Shown here: positions 40,023 through 52,100 of the stretch, piece after piece
Position numbering within the stretch: the first letter of the stretch is position 1
Layout of the letters: the number at the start of each line of letters is the position of its first letter
Source: Lama glama
Taxonomy: Eukaryota
Direction: 5' to 3'
Assembly: GCA_028534125.1 (NCBI GenBank)
Contig: CM052817.1
Coordinates: 74,836,001 to 74,900,000, forward strand
Length of the DNA stretch: 64,000 bases
Notes under the pieces: model-generated
The model's input: only the letters and a program-made list of their open reading frames with translations
Databases searched by the model: none
Told to the model about the DNA's origin: nothing
Translations under genes and position numbers: made by a program

Positions 40023-43000
40023 GTGAGCATGCCATCTTAGCAGTAGTAGAGGATTTACCCAGAGGAGCAGTGAGATATAGTCCAGGAAAGCTTACGGGAA
40101 GACGGAGATCATTGAGTCAATCAGCATTGAGAAAGATATTTATAGGGTGATAAGTGAAGGGATGGGTGGCATATGGGGGCTTGTTTCACTATCTTACATA
40201 GTAGAGAAGTATCAGTCTATGCAGCTCTCCTATTGCATTCTTGGAATCAAACAAGGAACTGAATGTACATCAAATTCTTCAGAACATAGAGGCAGGTCCC
40301 CAGATGGATTGAGGAACTCTTTAGATGGACACAGAAAACACTTTCTTGTAGCTGTTTACTGTTTTCCTGCAAGTAACTCTCCACGATGTGTGAAGATTTT
40401 ACATGGCCAATTCTTGGTAAAGAGAAATAAATATTTGTGACATAAGTGATCAGGTTGTGGACCTAAACAGTGGAGCAGGTTGTGCACTATGGAGTATTGC
40501 CTAATTTGTCAAGTATTATAAACCTCTTAAATTTTTATGTTTACAGTTTATGGTTTTGCTCATTAGCATGCCTCTTTTGGTAGAGCTAATCATTTTTGGT
40601 GGGAAAAATTGATTTCTCTTACTCTTAGATACCATCTACTGCTTCATTCGAGAAGAAAATGGGATGAGTGAACGAAATCCAGCAGCTTACCTGGCTCTGG
40701 GTTTCCACCTCTCCTTGTCTCCTGCCTGCTTGTTGGCAAATAACAAACTGAAGTTTTAAATATTTTTATAGGAGTACAGATGGCTTAGATTTATGAACCC
40801 CTTGCAAATAAAGGAACTCACAGAAGGACTGAGAAAACCAGAAAAGATAAGAAAAAGTCACCCGTTTTTGTGAGTATGTGGTATCATCTATCAGATAGCT
40901 CTACATAGTTGCTTTTTAAGAGGTGCATAATAGCAATGAATCCATTGTGAATTACACTCAGAAAATGACGGCACAGCGACGAGGCAAATGTGAAACCAAG
41001 TATTCCTAAATGTGCTGAAGTTTTTTTCTCAAAGAATCTGAATTCAAAATCAGTTTCTATAGGGGAAACCAGGTTATTTATGAAAAAAGGCTCTTCAGAA
41101 TATCTGGGTCTAACTTGGTATTCCTTAATGAGCAGCAGCAAGCTCTTTGATTGCTGTAAATATTAGTTTACTTCAAAAATTAAGTCTGATTTTTAACGTA
41201 CATAAAGAAACTAGATAAACAGAAATTAGAAAATATTGTGACAGCGGAATCTGGATTGTTTTAAGGATCATGCAGGAGAAGATTTCAAACCTGAACAAGA
41301 AAGAGTTCTGTGCTTAAGTGAGAACTGTTTAGGGAAATGTCTGCCTGGACACACACCTGCAAGGTTTAGTGCTGAGTTTTAGATTAAGGGTAGATTGACA
41401 TTCAGCTGCAGCTATTCAGACAAGGCTCTGTGATTAAGACTTACAAGCATCTCCCGTCTGGTTGTTGGCACAAAAATAAACAGGCATCCATGTGTAGATC
41501 TACTTAATAATTATTCGATGGAATCCCAAACTACTTAGCTAAAGGTAACCTGGCATTTAAAATCCCTGAAATGTTAGATAATATCTTCCTTTTCTCACCT
41601 GGAGTACATTCAATTCACTTAGTAAAATAATGACATTTTCTCTATACAATTTAACTTTTCATCTTTTGGATGGCAGGTGAGCAAGGGACACTGATGTTTT
41701 AGCCAGGGATTTCTACTTGCTGTCACTAGGTAATCTCAGATTTCCTTGATTGCCTTCATTATAGTAAAAAGGGAGGTAGATTCTTCTCATATGATTGGTT
41801 GTCTGGGTCCTAGTAAGCCTTCTATTGAAGTTTGCATATTGATACTGCTGCTCTTTCCCTGAATCATTACTGCTAGCACGCATCTTGAATGTAACAACAC
41901 TCTACAACAAGTGATGGAAATTCCAGGGAGAAATAATACACCTGCGAAGTAGAATCAGTTCAGTTTCAAGCTACCCATTCACTAAGGCTCAAGCTTAAAA
42001 GCATTTATTTGCCTAGTCACTGATTCAGAGGATAAGTGAGGCTTAAAAATGTCTAATCACTGGTACTTAGTAAGTAGCACTCACACTCTAGTCTTTGCAA
42101 CAGCCTTTTAGTGTTCACTTAACTGACGAAGAAGCTAAACCCAGAGAGCTGACATAACCTACTCACGAGAACACAAATTGGGGTTAAAACACAGAAAGTT
42201 TACGACTCTCAAATCCGCTTAAACAGTATTCTATGTGCAACATGTCTTTTTTTCTTTTTTTGTCTAATCTACAATTTTCTTTTTACATCTGATAAAAATG
42301 TCCTCTTTAACCATCTTTAATATTGTTGGCCTTGTTACCACTTTCCTGATCAGTGAGTAGCCCTTGACTTTGGCCCTAAGAAAACCAATCAGTCACTTAC
42401 TGTGTCTTTTGAAGAGCTCATGACAGTTTAGCTATTGGATCTTACATCTCATATTCATTCTGATTTTTTTTTCTCATTCTACATTTTTGATACTTTGGGG
42501 GATCAGAACCACTAATTTATTTCTATTTTAGATTTAGTTTCCTTTAGTTCATTTCTTTTCTTTCTTTCTTTTTTCTTTTGAATGTCATTTTCACCTCCAG
42601 GTTCTCATACACACATCTCTGCTGAGCTGTCCTGTCCTCACACTTAACATTTAGGTATGCTGGATATTATCATACTTTCTTAAATAACTTTCTTCATGAT
42701 ATAAAATATGCACATCTACATTTTCAAACCAACTTTCATAGATTTTTATATCTCAAAAAAGCATTTGTTTGAGCAAAAGAAGAGCTACCCTTTTTGCCAC
42801 AAAATTGAATACTTCAATTTGCAGTTCTTTCTTTGGAAAATGGGGGTATTTCTTCAGATTGCCTTTGCAAGATATTTATAAGGGGCTCATTTTAGTACAT
42901 TTTATATTACATGGATTTTGATCCCATTCATTTTAGACAGGTGATGAATACACAGATTATATCACTGGTTATTGCTTATCAAATATTAAGAAGTCGAAGA

Positions 43001-43329
43001 AAGGAGTAGGCTGAAGATAACCTTGAAGAATATACTAAGTCAAGAAATAAGAAGCACATGCTCGTAAACCCTATGCTGGATGTGATATCTGGCAGAGATA
43101 ATAAAACTGGTGTTCACATTAGGTAATAAAGTGTTTGAAGTTAAGCCATACTAGGAACAAAGCACAAAACTCAAGAGAGGTGCAGCAAAACTGATAATCC
43201 TCACAGAGGTTTACAAAGACCTTTAGAAAATGTCAAAGCAAGCATCAATTATAAACTTCTTTTAAAAAATGTTCTGTGCTGTCTCCAAATGGAACAGCTG
43301 CAACTTCCAGGGAGGTAGACTTGGATGAG

Positions 43330-43510
43330 AAAAATGCACAGAACTTGATATCAGATGCTTTCATATGTAACTTCTGACTTCATCATTTTCTAGCTGTTGA
43401 CCTTGGGGAATTTATTTTTCTTCTTAGAACCTCAGTCACTACATCTGCAAACTGGGGATAAGATACCCACATCATAAGGTAGTTGTGAGAAGAGTACTTG
43501 GCTCAGAGTG
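43330..43510 (+). mobile_element. MIR SINE
   Basis: ctagctgttgaccttgggg...cctcagtcactacatctgcaaactggggataag...gttgtgag. Confidence 0.7.
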
Positions 43511-43847
43511 AACACAAAACTGTGTTTTTGAACATACAGTGAAAGTACAACAATGACAGAGGTGGTTCTTAAGAATCCTGGTACCTTTCTCAAGCTGTTC
43601 TTTGTAAACTCCAGTGCTGTATATCACCCCAAATCATTTGCTGTTTATCCATTGACAGTTCCTTTAATTACTGTAAAGCAAACATACGAATTCTGAATCA
43701 TTAAAAACAGAAATTTCGTCTTCTTTCTAAAGTCTCTTGACATGCCTTTTTTGGGAGCATACATTTGCACCATTTTCCAAGCTATAGTTTGGGGGTCAGA
43801 ATACTTACAAATCTAATACAGTGTATTGGGAAGACCACAAGTCAGAA

Positions 43848-44442
43848 TGTTAGGCAGTTAGATAGAAATGAGCACTGGGCAAGGGAGGGGAAGGGGAAAG
43901 GAACAACCTAGAAAATAACAGTATGTCTGCATTCAGGATAAGGGACTCCAGAAACTTTTACTTTCTCTAAATGAGGGCCAGCAAAAGAAGGCAGCTAAAA
44001 TCAAAACTCTGCAGCTGCGCGTAACAGAAGGACCCAGTGTAACTTGATCCAATGCTTATTATAATGTAATTAACATTACAGTTTGAGCCCCCTCCCATAG
44101 GTTTCTCTGTCTGAAGAACCTGCCCAAAAGGGGATGGGCGTGCCAGAGGAACCTGAGCTGTCAGTCAGCCTGATCACTCAGAGAACCTGAGCCCTTAATC
44201 AATCAATCAATCACAAAAAACGCCCCTAAGCCAGGATATAAGATGGAAAAACAAAGGAGCAGGGCCATTTCTCCTCTCTTGGATTGGTCCGCTCCCAGTT
44301 CTCTGGAGTGTACTATCTTTTACTACCTTTATACTTTACTAAGGAAAATCTTGCTTATATCCCGTTTTCTGTCTCTTGTTAAAAATTCTTTTTTTTTCAG
44401 GTGACTAAGAACCGAGGTAATTCTTATTTCCCTTTTACCGCA
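43848..44442 (+). mobile_element. ERV1-class solo LTR (595 bp, TG...CA, 4-bp TSD AGAA)
   Basis: Starts TGTTAGG and ends GCA, flanked by AGAA on both sides. It has a CAAT-repeat, then a TATAA box (about 44237), then R/U5-like sequence (ctggagtgtact..., aagaaccgagg). Confidence 0.75.
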
Positions 44443-45199
44443 AGAATATAAAGTAAATGTTAGAGGAACTTTAAGTAAATAACAGCAGGAAGTCAGGGGC
44501 ATTCTGATAAAACTTCATTAACACACAAAGCCTTGTCTATAGGTTCACCTCACAAGTAATGGGACAATGACTCATTATGGGAAATGCGCTGGGAGAAGCC
44601 CTGGAAACACCTTTTCCTCAAGAGTCATCACCACCAATATTTTCACTAAAATTATAAGAGGTTGACTACAATGCAGAAACTTTTCCCCAGCAGGAATAAC
44701 AACTATTACTCCTATCTCAGTACAAGAAGCAGTGCTAAGAGATAGTTAAGGATTCCTGCAACTTCTTTCTTAGTATCTTCAAACAACTTTAACTTCCTTT
44801 TTTTTTTTTGGCATGTGAACCTTTTAATTAATTAATTAATTACTTAATTGAAGTACAGTAGTGTCAATTTCTGTATTCTCCTTTTCACTCCTCCTGCCTC
44901 CTCAGAACAGCAGGGACTAGGCCGGTCCACCCAAAGTTAATCCCTTGTGCTCTCGGTGATACTCTCCTCTGTCCTCAGGGCATTCTTCCTGTTAATTACC
45001 CACTCCCTCCTCCTATTCTAAGATATACTCTTGCAAATTTATTCTATCTACTCCCCACTATCACTTTGCCTACCATCATCTAGTCTCTTTATTTTAAAAC
45101 AGCCTTCAATTTACTTACACCCTGGAGCTGCTATGCAAACTTCCCTCCCTTGCCCTGACTGAATTCTTCAAATTCTTTCATTTTTGCCCCTAGGCACTG

Positions 45200-46390
45200 A
45201 CTCATTAGTACCTTTATATTTGGCTTTGGTTTTAACCTTCATACCAGAAACTACCTCGTTTGAAAGTCACTAATGACTTTCTTGTTGCCAAATCTAGAGG
45301 TCTTCACCTCGTATCCAGAGGTCTGTCCCATTTGACATGTCACTCCTCTTGACAATGTTGACTTTTCCTTTGTCTTTGCACTGCTCATCTTCCATCATGA
45401 TAACGAACTCAGGTCAGTCTTGTTCTCTTTTATTGATTCTTCCTCTCCCCTTGAAAAGTTCTCTGAGTTCTGCATACATTTTTTTCCTTTTCTCTTTCTA
45501 TGCAATAGCCTCTCTCAAATTATAAAAGGTCTTGTCTTCGATTATTGTCTTAATGTAAAGGAATCAGAAATACCTTCAAGACTGAAAAAATCTGGTGCCA
45601 CATTTGCAATCTGAGATGTAGACTTCTCAGTCTTCTCAACTCCTTATTTTTCTCTTCAAACCAACTTCTCTTCACCATTTCTATCAGTTTAGGACCTTTA
45701 TGTTATTTGACCATGACATCTACCATGGCACTTCTCTTGCTGGTTTTTTCCTTTCCATTTACATTTCCATCATTCTAATTTAGAGTCTTTTTAATGTCTC
45801 CTTAGCTTTATTGCAAGAATCTCCCCATAGGTCTCAACTTCCATCTTTGCCCCATAATTTATTCAGAATCAACCACTATGTTATTCACCATCAAGCATAT
45901 CTCTGTCTTCCTCCTCAGAAATGTTCACTGCTTTCAGTACCTGTCAATTAAAGTTGAAGCTACTTCAACACAATTTGAGACCCTTTAGGATGTAATCCCA
46001 ACCTTCAGTCTCACGTCTGGACTGATACAATCGCATCCCATTGCCATTCCACAAACAAAACATTTATTTCCCTGTACCTTTGTACATACTCTTGTCTGTG
46101 TGCTCTCCTTTCCAACTTTACTTGTGGAAATTCTATTCTTTCTTCAAGCTCACCTCCTGAATAATTGTAGTACTTATCCTTCTCCTACTGCCTGTACCAC
46201 ACATACTGTTTGAGGTTTTTGTTATATTAGGTGAATCACATGAAACTGCCATTTTGTAGGCCAAAAATAGTTGAGTACAGGCAGTTTTACCTGGGGTAAC
46301 CTAACATTTTTCCCTATTAAGTTAGAAGCTCCTTAAGGTAGAATTGAGTTTTATAAATTGCCCAGCATATTTATATTTATAATCACTCAA
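45200..46390. mobile_element. L2 LINE relic (pyrimidine-rich orientation on +)
   Basis: gtcactaatgactttcttgttgccaaatctagagg and further L2-like phrases, up to the 3' end ttagaagctccttaagg...cactcaattaatatt. Confidence 0.65.
46227..46304. mobile_element. MADE2-like mariner-derived MITE nested in L2
   Basis: 78-bp element ttaggtgaatcacatgaaactgcc...ggcagttttacctggggtaacctaa with imperfect terminal inverted repeats and a TA on the left flank. Confidence 0.75.
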
Positions 46391-47428
46391 TTAATATTAA
46401 CTTATTGAATTTATGAGTTGATCATGAACACCATCCTTTATAGTTAGATACAGTGTGACTAATTAACTTTGCACTATTAGCCTACTTAAGTTTTTCTACC
46501 CTGATTACTTTTTTTGCCATTCTGTGCTTTGAAGTAAAACTCACAGAAAGGTACATATATTTTTATAATAAGCTTTGGTATCTAGTTGTGTGAATTGTTC
46601 TACTTTCTTCAAGAGTCATAAAGTGCTATCCTCCTTTTGTAAAAGAATGAGGCCTGAGTAACCAGTATATTTCACCACCCAAAATATCTCTATTTCATAG
46701 CCACACTACTTAAGTTTTTATAATACAGGTAAGTGCATTTCACATATATTATGCCCTCACAGCTAATTCATTAGTTATTAGAGAGTGCATGTATGAATAG
46801 AGACAGAAATGGGTATGCTGGAGAGATGAGAAGGCCTAAAAGGGGATTGTGACTGCTGAGATCATGTCTGTATCTGCTTCTGCATTTTCAAAAGGATTAA
46901 ATCTATCTAACAAATTTGTATGAGGAATCCAGAATCTTGCGTTTAATCTCACAAAGCAATAGATAAATGTGATTCTGTTATAAAAGAATAATTGAACAAT
47001 ATAAACATACTTCATATACTCATATTCATGGAATAATGGTATAAAATTATCAGAGACATAGAAGCTTTGATACCATTTAACCAATGACAACTATGAAAGT
47101 CTGTCTCTGTGGTGTGGTCAGTCATGATCCAATCTTTGAGATCATTTACCTGTATTTCTTTTGAAATAAAACTGAGAACAAAGACATTGACTAGTGTGCT
47201 TTTTCAATCATGATAGTCTTTTAGGTGAGGATTAACATATTCCTCTGTTTAGCTGATTTTGTGCATTTTTCTTGCAGGCAGGTCAACTGGCAATAAATTC
47301 CCTCAATTTTTGTCTGAGAAAGTCTTCATTTCATCTTCACTTTGAAGGATCATTTCACAGGGTATAGAATTCTAGGTTGGTGGATTTTTTTCTCTCAACA
47401 CTTGAAATATTTTACTCTATTCTCTTCT

Positions 47429-47737
47429 CTCTTTTTCTACTTATCAAAGTATAATTGACCTAAAACATTATGTTATTTACAGGTGTACAACGTAGTGATC
47501 TTATATTTATAAATATTACAAAGTGATCATTATGATAAATCTAGTTACCACTGTCACTCTACAAAGTTGTTATAATACTGTTGACTACATTCCCTATTCT
47601 GTATAATACATCTCCATGACTTATTTATTTCATAATTGAAAGCTTATGAACTTAATCACTTCCCCTATTTTGTCCATTCTTCACTCCCTAGTTCTCCCTG
47701 GCAACCACCAGTTTGTTATCTGTATCTATGGGTCTGT
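47429..47737 (-). mobile_element. Nested L1 3' end (L1MA-like) with an approximately 18-bp degenerate TSD
   Basis: aagtataattgacc...caggtgtacaac...ggcaaccaccagtttgttatctgtatctatg. Flanks are TTTACTCTATTCTCTTCT (47411-47428) and TTCACTTTATTCTCTTCT (47738-47755). Confidence 0.8.
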
Positions 47738-48894
47738 TTCACTTTATTCTCTTCTTGTTTGCATGGTTTCTAAGGAGACGTTGGATGTAATTCTTATTTT
47801 TGCTTCTGTATAGATAAGGTGTTTTTTTCCCCTCTGGATTCTTTCAGGATTTTCCCCTTATCTTTGATTTTTAACATGACATGCTTCAGTGTAGTTTTTT
47901 GTTTTTTGTTTTCTGGCATTTATCTTACATGGTGTTTTCTCAGATTGCTGGTTCTATGGTTTGGTGTCTGACGTCCAATTTGCAGAAATTCTCATTCATT
48001 ATTGCTTTAACTATTTCTTTCCTTTTTCTCTTCCTTCTCCTTCTCATATTCCTATTACATGTATATTATACTTTTATTAGTTGTCTCAGTTCTTGGATAT
48101 CCTGTTTTTTTTCTTTTTTCCCTAGTCTTTTTTTCTCATTGTTTTTTAGGTTTGGAGTTTTTTTTAATTGAGATATCCATCAGTCTCAGAGAGTCTTTCT
48201 TCAGCCATATCCAGATTACAACTGAGAGCATTCTGTTAGTGTTTTTGATCTCTAGCATTTCTCTTTTGGTTCTCTGAACTTCCATCTCTCTGTTTACATT
48301 GCCTGTCTGTTCTTGCACACTGTATACCTTCTCTATCAGAGCCTTTATATTAATAATCATAATTGTGTTAAAAATCTTGGTCTGTGAATTCCAACATCTC
48401 TGTCTTATCTGAGTTTAGTTCTGATGCTTGCTTTGTCTTTTCAAACTGTGTGTTTTTTTTTTAATCCTTTAATATGGCTTTAATTTTTATCTTGATAGCC
48501 TGACATGATGTACTGGATAAAAAGTCACTGTAAATAGGCCTTTATTGATGTGATTGTGAGGTGTGGGCAGAAGTAAAGGACTCTACAGTCCTACGATTAG
48601 GTCTCAGTCTTATAGTGAGCCTATGCCTTAGACAGTGATTTTCTCAAGGGCTTCTCAGTCACCTTCGTCACTCAGGTAGGACAGAATGGCTAGAGGGCCT
48701 GGAGCTGGGCATTTTTATTTTCCCAGGTCAGTTAGGTTCTTATAAAATCCCTGCAGGTTAGGCTTTGGCTAAACAGTTTCTCCTGTGGAAAGACCTTGTT
48801 AAGAAAAACGGAGTGCTATGGGATATTTCAAAATGGTTCCTTTATCCTTCCCCCTGCTGGAAGCGCAAGAGGAGTTTTCTCAGATATTCACTCT

Positions 48895-49100
48895 TTAAAA
48901 ACAAAATCATTACTGAAATGTAATTGATGTTCAATGTTATGTTAGTTCTAGGTGTAGTATATAGTGATTTGACATTTGCATACACTATGAAATGATCACC
49001 ATGTTAAGTCTAGTAACCATTTGTCCCCATACAAGGTTATTACAGTTTATTAACCGTCTTCCTCATGCTGTATGTTACATCCCTGTGGCTTATTTTATAA
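48895..49100 (-). mobile_element. Second nested L1 3' end of a similar family
   Basis: gttagttctaggtgtagtatatagtgatttgacattt...aagtctagtaaccatttgtccccatacaaggttattac. It resembles 47440-47640. Confidence 0.75.
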
Positions 49101-52100
49101 AAAGTTTCCTGGGTGAGCTTCTGAATGTAAAACTCATAAAAGTGTAGGGACTCCCCTAACACTGGGTCCCCCTGTCGGATTCTCAGACTCGTCCCGACTG
49201 AGCCTCCAGCAGCTTATAAATTATAGATCAGGTTTTAATACCTGGCCACTGGTTAGACTGGTGGTTTCTGTTCCATTAAGTCATAATTTTGGGTGTAGCA
49301 GTTTTCCCTGTGACCTCACTTCTCTGACCTAAGAAGAGTTGTGTGAATTTTTCAGTTTGTTCAGTTTTTGTTGTTAGGATGGAGTGGTGACTTCCAAACT
49401 CTTCACAAGCCAGACCAGAAACCTGAAATATGCATTGTTTTATTATAAAGAAACACAAAAAAGAAATAAAGAAAAGGCAGCACAAGCACTATCTTCAAAC
49501 TTGAAACACTTGCGATCTGAACTTTGGTTTCCATCTTAACTCTCCAGGAGCTGGAAATCTCTAGATTATTGACACCTAGAGGAATTTTCACTTAAGTTAC
49601 AGATATCAAAGACAGGCACTAATGGAATAAAATAAGATTCTACAATGTTTAGTTTAGGGTTTCTTTGGGATTGGCATCATAATTCCTATTATATTCATGT
49701 TTTAAAAAAAGTTAGTCCTGATGTCCTGCGTATTTCATAATATTAGTGGTGTAAGTATAAAAATATTTAACCTTTGATTAATGCATATTTAGAAGTATGA
49801 GGGAAGTATAAAAGATCCTCTAATTCACAAAAAAGTTATACATTTCCATACAAATTATATCTGAGTAGGAATACTTTTAACAATTCCTATTTCTCACTCA
49901 GATGAAATAAGTTTTTATTGCTATGCAAATCACATACTTCTCATCTATTTTTCCTCTTGTCAACTAACACATTAATAATTATCTAAAATATAAAGGAATA
50001 TGAAATGGTAGGGTGATAACCAAAGTGTAAAAACAGAAAATTTCACAGAATTTTATTGTTTAATCATTCTAGAGTTGTATGAGTTATTATTAGTAATGAT
50101 TATTGCCATTACTTTCATTAGAAATCTCATCTAACAAGAAAATTTTAGTATCAGTGATACATACATGTTTACTTTATGTGCATGTGATACCAGATTGCTT
50201 AAAGATCATACAAATACATATTAAAAAAAGAAATGTCTGTGTATTTCAAACTTACTTTTGACAATATTTATCCAACTGCTTTGTTACATAGATGCTAGCA
50301 ATAGATGAATGTTAAAAGAAAATTTTAGAATAACTATGTTGATAATTCTGAGATATTGGACAAAAAGAATGTGCACCATTTTGGTGACTTCTGGAGATTG
50401 TTTTTAAATAAGGAACACGATATAAAATATGAATAGCAATAATATTAAATACATACAATTCCAAGTGGACTGATAGGTATTACATGTACTAGTTCCTTTA
50501 CTAATTACTGTAGGCCACATATGTATTAAAGAAATTTTCAAATAATCAATTTTGAGACTCTGTTATTCTTGGCCATCCATATAATTAACAGTTAATTAAA
50601 GACTGAAACAAACCCAAAAAGGAACATTTTCACTCTTTGGTAATAGGTTGTAGAGTTAAAATTTCAGCATATTCTTAAAGCTACACTACCTACACTATCA
50701 ACCCAGGTTGAAAATGGAAAACAAATGAACAAACAAACAAACAAACAAAAAAAACAGGCTATAATAATTTGTTAGAAGTCAGTTTCTTTCTTCATCCACC
50801 CTGCCCAAAATATAGTGGTATGGTGGAAATTATTTCTTACAGACATGTCTGTGGTACATGTATAGCTTCAACCTAATTAATGTAGTACCCTATAAAATTC
50901 CTAAATTATGCATCCCTGGACCACTTCATTGCTGATTTGTGATAATAAAGCTTGTGAAGTGAGCTATTCATCTTGGATAGAAATATACAGATAATATTTA
51001 GCTTCTCCTTAAAGCCATTGTGTAGCACACACAAATTCAACCTCTCTGTGATGTGTTAATAGGGACTTCTTATCAACTTACCAGCTACTCACAGAGACGA
51101 CTTAATCTGACTTTTTAATCAGAATGTCCTTGTAAGTGGAGAGAAAGAGCTTTATTTGACTTTACCTTAGATTAAGAATGCCTTTTAAAGTGTAAGTTAC
51201 AAAAAACTGCGAAGAACTAGTAAAACTGAGATATGAAAGATAAGTCATTTGTTTTCATGACTTTCTCTTTGTTTTCCTCTGTGTAGCTGCTGTTGTGCAT
51301 TTTTAAAAAAAATAACGTTTATGATTCAAAGCACTTGCAAATGGTAATTAACACTCATTTTGGAGCTCTCCTATGTGTAAACAATCCTTGGAATTAATTT
51401 TATTCACTATATGATCACTGTTAGAGTATATGGTATTTTCAGATCAACCATTTTCCAATTAATTTTGAATGGTGAACAGCACAGTTGCAATTCTGTTCTT
51501 CACCTTTTAGTTACATTAAAGATTCATTTTGGGTAATCAGAGAATCTGTATGAGCTATTTTTTACCTTGAAGGTTTGCTTCTGACACTTTAATAAATTAT
51601 CCTGTAGTCTGTGCTAGAAGGTAACTGAATTTTTTGCTCAACAGCCCTCTTGTTGACACATGTTCATTTATTACTATTTCTTGCATTAGCTGACTCACTT
51701 GAGGCTAATTCTGATGAAGTGCTTTCAAACAAGGACCACTATTGGTTTATATTAATGAGGAAGTGGTGGAAAGGCAGCTTTCGAACAGAAGAAATTAGAA
51801 AAAGAAAAATTATGAACCTTGGGATCAATTTTTCTATGAGCCATAACATAATTAACAATAAAATATGAAGCTGAAAAGTATTAGTCCCCGCACACCCTGA
51901 TATTTTGCTTCATTTAGGAAGTCTGTATTTAGAAGGAAAATGAGGGAGAGGGATTGGAAAGAAAGATAGACTTACACAATCATATTTAGGAAGAAAAATT
52001 GTGCAGAAAAGCTTGAGTTGGGAAGAAACAGATTTAATCACCTACCTGAAGTTGGATGATAAAAGTCCCTTTGACTTTAATGTTTGTACTGTAATTTTTC

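Larger units (their letters stand above)
47200..49430 (-). mobile_element. Old L1 5' portion (5'UTR/ORF1 remnant), interrupted by two younger L1 3' ends
   Basis: Antisense ORF1 phrases (ggtatagaattctaggttggtgg, ccatcagtctcagagagtctttcttcagcc). ORF 48136..48360 resembles the L1 ORF1p coiled coil (EMLEIKNT). Confidence 0.8.
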
